Below are positions 30,442 through 37,698 of a stretch of 64,000 nucleotides of DNA, piece after piece. Every line of letters starts with the position of its first letter. The first letter of the stretch is position 1. The translations under genes and the position numbers were made by a program. The stretch is from an uncultured Eubacteriaceae bacterium (GTDB lineage Bacteria > Bacillota > Clostridia > Eubacteriales > UBA1433). The stretch covers positions 20,761 to 84,760 of the forward strand of contig CAZHMK010000005.1 in the NCBI GenBank assembly GCA_964533615.1, written 5' to 3'. The notes below the pieces were generated by a model. It made no database searches. It worked only from the letters and a program-made list of their open reading frames with translations, and was not told the origin of the DNA.

Positions 30442-30568
30442 CATTGATTGACTTTAAGCCGTTTTTAGGAAATGCTCGGAAATTAAATATATATATCAGG
30501 AAATGTTTGGAAATATTTATTTGTTAAAGTTTTATTAAGAAACTCTTAAGGGTAATAAAGGGAAATGG

Positions 30569-31327
30569 TTATACTCCTTTAAAAATTATAAATAACAGTA
30601 TTAAAATTATTGGCTGATGCAAAAGATAAATTATCAGTGTATGACGGCCTATTTTTGAAAGCGTTGTGCTATGGGCGTTATAAAAAAAGAATGGTGCTTG
30701 ATTTCTTTTTATACCGCGTCCGAAAAAGTTTCCCGCAAGGAATAAAAACAACCACGGAAAAATCGGATAATAGTCTGCCGACTCAACACCGATGCTGCTA
30801 AATCCGAACGGAAACAAATACGGTTTATTATAAAACATAGAATGTATTTTTATTGTCCCAATTCCTGCGATACCTATATAACCGTCATAAATATTATAAG
30901 TCAGAATAAAAAGTAGTAAACTGATGATGATCCCCGCTTTCACGGGGATTTCATTTATTTTATTTTGTAATAACCCACATAGCAGCATAGCTGTGCCCAT
31001 AAAGTGCAAAATACCAAACAGTATTACTTGATCAGGCGCGACTAAAATGGTACATAGTGTAATGACCATGCCCCAAAGAATTGTCTTAATGCCTCTGCGA
31101 ATATTGCTGCGTGAATAATGACAAGAAACACCTGATATGATTACAAATAAGCTGACTGCCGTCAGCCTGATATATTCCATCCATGCTGAACCAACCCAAT
31201 CCATATCCAGACCATATATTACGGTTAAATCATACATGAGATGATACCAAACAATATAGAGGATCAGCACTCCCCTGACCTCATCGATAAAATGCACACG
31301 CTTTATATTATTTTCAATAGAATTCAT
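30569..31327 (-). CDS. DUF1624 / HGSNAT-like membrane acyltransferase
   Basis: RVHFIDEVRG, FGILH, ADYYPIFPW, GRHTLIIYLLHQP. Confidence 0.85.
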   Translation of the reverse strand: MNSIENNIKRVHFIDEVRGVLILYIVWYHLMYDLTVIYGLDMDWVGSAWMEYIRLTAVSLFVIISGVSCHYSRSNIRRGIKTILWGMVITLCTILVAPDQVILFGILHFMGTAMLLCGLLQNKINEIPVKAGIIISLLLFILTYNIYDGYIGIAGIGTIKIHSMFYNKPYLFPFGFSSIGVESADYYPIFPWLFLFLAGNFFGRGIKRNQAPFFFYNAHSTTLSKIGRHTLIIYLLHQPIILILLFIIFKGV

Positions 31328-31391
31328 TTTCTTCTCTTTGCTATTTTTTCTTTTATATTACCATACATCATACATTATGTACTGTGCAAAA

Positions 31392-31904
31392 TTACTTAAA
31401 AATAAAACTGCAGATAAGAAAAGCGGTAAAAATCCCCAATATGTCACAGCTAAGCGCGACCGGCAAAGCATATTTTGTTTTTTTGATATTGACGCATCCA
31501 AAATATAAAGCAATGATATAAATAGTGGTCTCATTGCTCCCCGCGATTACACAGGCCAACCTTCCTATAAAAGAATCAGGATGATATGCTATCAGTGTAT
31601 CTGCAAGAACCGCATTAGCCCCTGAGCCCGAAATAATTTTTATAAAAGACAAAGGCAACACCTCGGATGGAAATCCGATAGCCTCACAGAAAGGTTTAAA
31701 TACCTTAATAAGAAAATCCATCATTCCGCTGTTTCTAAAAATACCAATCGCGCATAATACCGCAAGGATATACGGAAAAACTGTTGCAATTGTGGACAGG
31801 CCGCTTTTTGCTCCTTCGATAAACGTATCATAGACAGGAACCCTGCATTTTATACCATATAAAATGATAGCCAATACAAACAAAAGAACAATTATTTCAG
31901 ACAT
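31392..31904 (-). CDS. spmB: Spore maturation protein B
   Basis: YDTFIEGAK, PDSFIGRLA, ETTIY..ALYFG; directly downstream of spmA. Confidence 0.92.
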   Translation of the reverse strand: MSEIIVLLFVLAIILYGIKCRVPVYDTFIEGAKSGLSTIATVFPYILAVLCAIGIFRNSGMMDFLIKVFKPFCEAIGFPSEVLPLSFIKIISGSGANAVLADTLIAYHPDSFIGRLACVIAGSNETTIYIIALYFGCVNIKKTKYALPVALSCDILGIFTAFLICSFIFK

Positions 31905-32488
31905 TTAAACCTTCTCCAAAAGCGCACGATCTTTACAAATACAATCCCGCTGAGTGTAGTAATAAATGTTGCAAACAATGTTGGAACAATAATTTCAGCC
32001 GGGGCTGTCGAACCATATACAGCACGTAGTGAAATAACACTGAGCGGAATGAGTTGAAGAGATGTTGTATTAAGTACAACAAACATAATCATATCATCAA
32101 GCACCTTATCATCCTGAGAACCGTTTTTCATTTTATGCATTTCCTTCATAGCCTCCATACCAAACGGTGCAGCCGCATTTCCGAGACCAAATAGATTTGC
32201 CGAAATATTAAGTAGAATATATTGCATTGCTTTTATATTTTTTTTTACCGTTGGAAACAACAGTCTGATTACCGGCATAAAAGCATGTGCTATTTTGCGT
32301 ATAATACCAGTCTTTTCTGCTATTTTCATAATACCTAACCAAAAAGACCACACTGCGCCGAATGTTATTAAAAGCTCTGCCGTTTGCATGCAACTCTCGG
32401 CTATTCCGCTTAAAACCTGCGGATAAGTGCCGTTAAACAAAGATACGACGATGCCTGATACAATAAAAAAAATAAACACTTTATTCAT
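31892..32488 (-). CDS. spmA: Spore maturation protein A
   Basis: FWLGIMKIAE, NISANLFGLGNAA.PFG, VVLNTTSLQLIP. Confidence 0.93.
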   Translation of the reverse strand: MNKVFIFFIVSGIVVSLFNGTYPQVLSGIAESCMQTAELLITFGAVWSFWLGIMKIAEKTGIIRKIAHAFMPVIRLLFPTVKKNIKAMQYILLNISANLFGLGNAAAPFGMEAMKEMHKMKNGSQDDKVLDDMIMFVVLNTTSLQLIPLSVISLRAVYGSTAPAEIIVPTLFATFITTLSGIVFVKIVRFWRRFKCLK

Positions 32489-32506
32489 ACTCCACCTCCG
32501 TAAAAT

Positions 32507-32536
32507 ATATTTATGCTGAAGGAATTGTAATTATTT
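32507..32536 (-). promoter_or_regulatory. Putative sigmaE promoter of spmAB
   Basis: Minus strand ATA-N16-CATAAATAT ahead of a GGAGGT RBS; spmAB is sigmaE-controlled in model sporeformers. Confidence 0.55.
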
Positions 32537-32590
32537 GGTAAGTTTGATATATTACTAAGCATACTTATAGAATCTAAAGGAGTATAGAAA

Positions 32591-33205
32591 ATGAAAGTTC
32601 TTGCCGTTAACGGAAGCCCGCATGAATTTGGGTGTACATATACCGCATTATCTATCATGAAAGAAGCATTACTTAAAGAAAATATCGATGTCAATATTCT
32701 GCATATCGGTACAGGTCTTATTGGAGGATGTATCGGATGCAGAAGCTGCATAGAGACAAAAAAATGTGCTTTTGATGATATTGTCAATAAAGCGGCAGTC
32801 CTCGCCAGAAATGCCGACGGGCTCATTATTGCTTCTCCCGTTCATTTTTCGGGTATTGCTGGAAATATGAAATGTTTTTTAGACAGATTTTTTTATTCGG
32901 CCGGCAGTGAGATTATGGCTCATAAGGCAGGAGCCGCCCTTGTGTGCCTTCGCCGCAGCGGCGGAAGCGCCGCTCTGGACAGCATGAACCATTACCTGCA
33001 TTATTCAAAAATGGCTGTGGCTTCCTCACATTACTGGAACATTATACACGGTCAGTCCCCGGATGAAATTTATAAAGATGAAGAAGGCGTACAAATCATA
33101 AAAACAGCCGCACAAAATTTGGCATGGCTTTTGAAATCTATTCAGAAAAGCTGTATGGACATACCTAAAAAAGAACCTCGCAAACGCACAAATTTTGTAC
33201 GCTAA
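32591..33205 (+). CDS. Flavodoxin family / iron-sulfur flavoprotein-like protein
   Basis: NGSPHEFGCT, CIGCRSC-x5-C, SPVHF, RRSGG, YWN. Confidence 0.88.
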   Translation: MKVLAVNGSPHEFGCTYTALSIMKEALLKENIDVNILHIGTGLIGGCIGCRSCIETKKCAFDDIVNKAAVLARNADGLIIASPVHFSGIAGNMKCFLDRFFYSAGSEIMAHKAGAALVCLRRSGGSAALDSMNHYLHYSKMAVASSHYWNIIHGQSPDEIYKDEEGVQIIKTAAQNLAWLLKSIQKSCMDIPKKEPRKRTNFVR

Positions 33206-33274
33206 TCAAAATGAACAAATCCAAAATCCACTGATATAATTTTGAATTTTGGATTTTTCATATAGGTAATTTTT

Positions 33275-33460
33275 TTATAAAATAATATTTATCTGGTTAT
33301 TATTTAAAAAATCTAAATCTATTAATGAAATTATAAATCCTGATGCCTTATGCGCGCAAGACGGCTTTGACGGTGCGTTGATTAAAAAGATAACACTGCC
33401 GTCGACATCATGTTTTTGAATATTTTCACTATTAAAACAGTCTTTACATTCTGCCATCAT
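33275..33460 (-). CDS. Small Cys-containing protein B (paralog of 33604-33741)
   Basis: AAGGGGAAG RBS; MMAECKDC...DGSVIFLINAPSKPSCAHKA aligns with the upstream microprotein. Confidence 0.72.
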   Translation of the reverse strand: MMAECKDCFNSENIQKHDVDGSVIFLINAPSKPSCAHKASGFIISLIDLDFLNNNQINIIL

Positions 33461-33480
33461 ATCTTCCCCTTTTTATGTTA

Positions 33481-33517
33481 TGTTACAATATATGTATTAT
33501 TTGCGTAGTTGTTGACT
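33481..33517 (-). promoter_or_regulatory. Putative sigmaK-type promoter, copy B
   Basis: Minus strand AAC-N16-CATATATTG; 30/37 nt identical to 33765-33801. Confidence 0.6.
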
Positions 33518-33550
33518 CTTATTTACATATTTCTAAAAAGACTGCATAAT

Positions 33551-33592
33551 AAAAAAAACCGGATCAATATATCTGATATGTATCCGGCTTTT
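33551..33592 (-). terminator. Intrinsic terminator after microprotein A
   Basis: Minus strand GCCGGAT...ATCCGG followed by a T8 tract. Confidence 0.75.
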
Positions 33593-33603
33593 ATTATAAA
33601 TCT

Positions 33604-33741
33604 TTAAACTTTTTTTATATCCGCTGCTTTACAAGAACAGCAAGGTTTTTCGGGTACATTAATTAAAAAAATAGTCTGTCCGTCACTTTTTTTGATTGCC
33701 TGTATTTGATTTATTTCATTACAAGTTTTACATTCAGTCAT
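33604..33741 (-). CDS. Unannotated 45-aa Cys-rich microprotein A
   Basis: GAGGAG RBS; MTECKTCNEINQIQAIKKSDGQTIFLINVPEKPCCSCKAADIKKV*; own terminator; paralog next door. Confidence 0.78.
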   Translation of the reverse strand: MTECKTCNEINQIQAIKKSDGQTIFLINVPEKPCCSCKAADIKKV

Positions 33742-33764
33742 TTTATTTTCTCCTCTTTTGTTTC

Positions 33765-33801
33765 TGTTACAGTATATGTATTATATTCTTTCTTGTTCAC
33801 T
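33765..33801 (-). promoter_or_regulatory. Putative sigmaK-type promoter, copy A
   Basis: Minus strand AAC-N16-CATATACTG. Confidence 0.6.
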
Positions 33802-33837
33802 GCTGAAAAAAACACAATTTTACTTCATTGCAAAAAT

Positions 33838-33868
33838 AAAAAATCACATATTTATTATAAAATATGTG
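33838..33868 (-). terminator. Probable terminator of the DUF134 gene
   Basis: Minus strand CACATATTT-TATAAT-AAATATGTG-ATTTTTT. Confidence 0.55.
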
Positions 33869-33937
33869 TATGGAATGCTTTGGTATTGTTAATTTTCAGA
33901 TTTTATAAAATAATTACTTTAAAAAAATGTTTTTTCT

Positions 33938-34282
33938 TTAAGTATCTTTATCTTTCATGCAATTTTTATTGCACGACCAATATGTATCTTTTGAATAAGG
34001 ACAAACTTCATATTCACCGCCTTCAATTTTAATTCTTTTACCTTCCACTAAAGCTTCTGCAATTATTTTGCGTGCACTTTCATACAGACGCTGGATTGTC
34101 GACCTGCCCACCCCCATAATGATGGCACATTCGGTTTGATCAAGGCCGTCAAAATCAATGAGACGAATACATTCATATTCTTCACATTTCATGTTAATCG
34201 TGGCGCCTTGTCCGCTGCCACAAATAAAATATTTAAAGTTCGGTTCCTTACAAATACGCTTGTTTTTTTTTGGTCTTGACAT
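33938..34282 (-). CDS. DUF134 family predicted DNA-binding protein
   Basis: MSRPKKNKRI..P, EEYECIRLID..GLDQ.ECA..MGVGRST, AR..IA.ALVEGK.I.IEGG; TTGAAA-17-TATAAT promoter at 34306-34334. Confidence 0.9.
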   Translation of the reverse strand: MSRPKKNKRICKEPNFKYFICGSGQGATINMKCEEYECIRLIDFDGLDQTECAIIMGVGRSTIQRLYESARKIIAEALVEGKRIKIEGGEYEVCPYSKDTYWSCNKNCMKDKDT

Positions 34283-34595
34283 GAAAGCCCCTCCTTTGCC
34301 TGTCCATTATAAACCTCAAATCCATTACTTTCAAGTAATTTTTTATTTTGAACAAATACTAAAAATAAAATTTATAATAATATAAAAATCGATATCAAAC
34401 GACCTTTAGAAAATAAGTAAATTAAATGTTTTTGTTTGAAATGTATTGATTAAAGCAATTCTGCGGACAAAAAATCTGCACAGTATTATAAAATATGTTT
34501 TGGGATTTTGTTTTATATTTATAAAACATCAAAAATTTGTATTCATAGCAATTTAGTGGTAGAATAAACAAAAATAAAAAAGGAGATATATTTTT

Positions 34596-34655
34596 ATGTT
34601 CAATATGTCCGGTAATTTGGATATTGTATACGTAAAGGAGGGCTGTGTAAAATAA
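34596..34655 (+). CDS. Putative 19-aa leader peptide of rsgA
   Basis: AAGGAG RBS, MFNMSGNLDIVYVKEGCVK*; lies downstream of TTGTAT-17-TAGAAT (34537-34565). Confidence 0.55.
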   Translation: MFNMSGNLDIVYVKEGCVK

Positions 34656-34711
34656 CATCAAATGCATAAGGCCTCCTATCTATAACACATACGTAACGGA
34701 GGTAAATTAAT

Positions 34712-35785
34712 TTGAATAATTTAATAAAATATGGCGCAAGTGAGCGCTTTTTTGCGGAAGCCACACTCTATGCCAACCTACATTTGGCAAGAGTGGTTTC
34801 ACAATATAAAGATTTATATAAAATTGCCACTGAGCAAGGAGAAATATTTGCAGAGATTTCAGGTAAATTTCGGCACGAATGTACACATCTGTCATCTTAT
34901 CCTGCAGTAGGCGACTTCGTGATGGCAGACCGCATGAGCAACGATAACGGCCGTGCAGTCATTCATCATGTGCTGAGGCGCAAAAGCATTTTTGAGCGCA
35001 CGGCTGTTGGCATAAATAACGAAACACAAATTATCGCCGCCAACATTGACATTGTCTTTATATGCATGTCTCTCAATGATGACTATAACCTAAACCGTTT
35101 GGAGCGCTATCTCTCGGTGGCATGGAGCAGTGGAGCAATACCGGTGGTTGTGCTTACGAAATCGGATTTATGCACTGACTTGACCACTGTTCTAACAGAA
35201 ATTTCTGACATCGCGCTCGGAGCGGATATTATCGCAACATCCGGCTACGACCAAGCTTCGTGCGAGAAACTGCTCTTTTATCTCAAACCTGGGATCACGG
35301 CATCTTTTATCGGTTCTTCCGGTGTGGGAAAATCCACGCTCATCAATCGGATAATCGGAGAGGATTTACTGGCTACATCGGCGGTCAGGCAAGATGATAA
35401 AGGCAGGCATACCACCACACATAGACAGCTGCTTATCCTACCGAAAGGCGGTATTGTCATTGATACGCCCGGTATGCGGCAGCTTGGTGTGGACTCGGTT
35501 GATTTATCCGTTTCCTTCGCCGATATCGACATTTTAACGTCACAGTGTCGTTTTACTGATTGTACACACACTTGTGAACCCGGCTGTGCTGTACAAGAAG
35601 CGCTGAGAACAGGCATGCTCGATAAACGCAGATTTGATAATTATCAAAAACTGAAAGACGAGGCCAAATATGACGGCCTCTCCTCCAAACAAATTGAAAT
35701 CAAAAAACTTAATAATATGTTTGGCAGTGTGGGCGGAATGAAAAAAGCAAAAGATTTTATCAAAAAGAACAATAAAAAAAGATAA
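34712..35785 (+). CDS. rsgA: Ribosome small subunit-dependent GTPase A (long, accessory type)
   Basis: Circularly permuted GTPase TKSD / GSSGVGKST / GRHTTT / DTPG; zinc finger CRFTDCTH..EPGCAV; TTG start after GGAGGT. Confidence 0.93.
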   Translation: MNNLIKYGASERFFAEATLYANLHLARVVSQYKDLYKIATEQGEIFAEISGKFRHECTHLSSYPAVGDFVMADRMSNDNGRAVIHHVLRRKSIFERTAVGINNETQIIAANIDIVFICMSLNDDYNLNRLERYLSVAWSSGAIPVVVLTKSDLCTDLTTVLTEISDIALGADIIATSGYDQASCEKLLFYLKPGITASFIGSSGVGKSTLINRIIGEDLLATSAVRQDDKGRHTTTHRQLLILPKGGIVIDTPGMRQLGVDSVDLSVSFADIDILTSQCRFTDCTHTCEPGCAVQEALRTGMLDKRRFDNYQKLKDEAKYDGLSSKQIEIKKLNNMFGSVGGMKKAKDFIKKNNKKR

Positions 35786-35794
35786 AAAAATATT

Positions 35795-35827
35795 AAAAGA
35801 TCCCATCCGTGAAGGTTGGGATCTTTT
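35795..35827 (+). terminator. Intrinsic terminator of rsgA
   Basis: AAAAGATCCCA...TGGGATCTTTT. Confidence 0.8.
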
Positions 35828-35943
35828 ATTTTTAGTTATATTATGCTGATAGCATACCGAATTCATAAAACAGATATGCAAAAAACACATACATCATAAT
35901 GCAATTTCATATTTCTATAACTTATCAGGTTTATATAATGTAT

Positions 35944-35976
35944 AAAGCACAGGATATAAAAATATCCTGTGCTTTT
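35944..35976. terminator. Intrinsic terminator downstream of the sipL-like gene
   Basis: AAAGCACAGGATAT-AAAA-ATATCCTGTGCTTT. Confidence 0.75.
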
Positions 35977-36035
35977 CAAAAGTTTTTCTGTTATACCTCG
36001 TTTCAATAGTTTTGGTCATTTTTATGATTCGTTGT

Positions 36036-37538
36036 TTATATAATAATCAAAGGTGTATAACTTTTTAACTCTTCTTCATTTTCAATATTATTATCTTCAA
36101 GAATTTGCTCAGGTGAAGTTAAATATTTTTTGGCGATATCCCATAACGCTTCATTGGGCTGAACATAGTGTACGGCAATGACATAATCGTCACTAAATCC
36201 GGCAGTCTGGGCATCCAGCACAATATTTTTTACAATCTTCATTGTCTTATCTTCAAATTCAAACACGCTTACTTCAATATTTAATGCCGTGCTGATGCTT
36301 GAAGAGGAGCATTTAATATCTGCCTGTGTGATTTGAGGATGAATATAAAAAGACGGACAGCTAACATCCAAATTGACATCAAACTCCAGCTTTTCTTTAC
36401 TTACAAAATATTTTTCATCTTCCGAATAAGATGAAAAGATGGCCGTGACTATCGCGCAGCCGCCGTATTTCATTTGCCCGTCGGAAAGATATGGTTCCGC
36501 AGTGAGAGATACATCATGATACAACAATGCTTTTGTTGCGTTCTGCAAAAGCGTTTCCTTTGACAGCGGAATTGCTTTTACATATTTGTTTTTAATCAAA
36601 AAAGTATTTAATTGTTCAAATTCAACAGTAGATACTGCTTTTTTTACATAAGCATCCGTGAGCACTCTGGTTTTACAGTTCTGATACATATATGCTGTAG
36701 TTTTAATATTAATTTCCACGTTGATATAACCATCCTGGCTGCTTTGGTCAACTTCGGCAGTCTTAGAGATTATGGACGCATAAATTTGGTAATAATCAAT
36801 AGAAGAGAGGCTGCTGCGTTCAATAAAACAGTTAAACGGCAATTCAAAATCAAATGTTTTATATATTTTTTCATTCTCTATATAACAAAGCACATTTCCT
36901 TTTATCATCGCATTATATAAAATTCCCACATTACTCAGGCTGTGAGAAATATCACTTAACACGCTGCTGACAGATACAATTTCAATTTCGGCCTCATTGC
37001 CAATGAAGATGCTGTCTCTTAGGGTTTTCTCTTCACTTTGGGTTCTTGCCGACATATGTTCAATATCTTCATATTTATACATCATATTTTCTGATGAAGT
37101 GACAGCCTCCAGCGCTACGCTCTCTACGGTTATGACGCTCATTCCCAAAATATTTAAAATGCACTCTGCTTCCACTTTTCTGTTTTTGAGCATTTTTATA
37201 TCTACATTTTCCACCAAAACATAATACATATGATTATAGGCGCCTTCCGGATAATCAAAATCCGCATTTACATTAAAAACAGCCGGAATATGTATGTTTT
37301 CATAATCTCCTTCCTCCGTCTCATAATACGCAGTGATATTAACAGCTCCGTCTATTGTCATTTTACCGTCTTTTATTTTTATTTCCGTTATATCTGCGCT
37401 TTGAGAAGAGGAGAGCATTTTATATACATTGCTTTTATAATCAGGTATTTTAACGCTCTCATAACACGTCGCCTTTAAATTGATACTGCTTGTTTTAATA
37501 TCAAACCGAACGGTATTATCAAATAAATTTTGATCCAT
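36036..37538 (-). CDS. SPOCS (DUF3794) + LysM spore coat morphogenetic protein, SipL-like
   Basis: Beta-rich repeats (IPDYK..V.K.L, KMTIDG.V) and C-terminal LysM (YVQPNEALWDIAKKY.TS...I...N); start placed at MDQ after AAGGGGG. Confidence 0.8.
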   Translation of the reverse strand: MDQNLFDNTVRFDIKTSSINLKATCYESVKIPDYKSNVYKMLSSSQSADITEIKIKDGKMTIDGAVNITAYYETEEGDYENIHIPAVFNVNADFDYPEGAYNHMYYVLVENVDIKMLKNRKVEAECILNILGMSVITVESVALEAVTSSENMMYKYEDIEHMSARTQSEEKTLRDSIFIGNEAEIEIVSVSSVLSDISHSLSNVGILYNAMIKGNVLCYIENEKIYKTFDFELPFNCFIERSSLSSIDYYQIYASIISKTAEVDQSSQDGYINVEINIKTTAYMYQNCKTRVLTDAYVKKAVSTVEFEQLNTFLIKNKYVKAIPLSKETLLQNATKALLYHDVSLTAEPYLSDGQMKYGGCAIVTAIFSSYSEDEKYFVSKEKLEFDVNLDVSCPSFYIHPQITQADIKCSSSSISTALNIEVSVFEFEDKTMKIVKNIVLDAQTAGFSDDYVIAVHYVQPNEALWDIAKKYLTSPEQILEDNNIENEEELKSYTPLIII

Positions 37539-37650
37539 TGCATATGCCCCCTTATAATAGTTCATACCTATTTATATTTCATAAGAATACAAAAATATTC
37601 ATACTATAATAAAATATAGTTTTAAAAAGGCTTGATTATGACAAGCAAAA

Positions 37651-37680
37651 TAAAAAAGCCGGTTATAACCGGCTTTTTTA
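37651..37680 (-). terminator. Terminator of gyrA
   Basis: Perfect 30-bp palindrome TAAAAAAGCCGGTTATAACCGGCTTTTTTA. Confidence 0.85.
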
Positions 37681-37698
37681 TTTAATTTTTTATCTTGT

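Noticed and set aside
32485-32826. 113-aa minus-strand ORF abutting spmA
   Set aside because: Antisense to the flavodoxin gene and runs through the spmA promoter
33706-34032. 108-aa plus-strand ORF
   Set aside because: No RBS; overlaps microprotein A and DUF134 in antisense; AT-rich noise
34422-34667. 81-aa minus-strand ORF
   Set aside because: Antisense to the rsgA promoter and leader; AT-rich, with no recognisable domain
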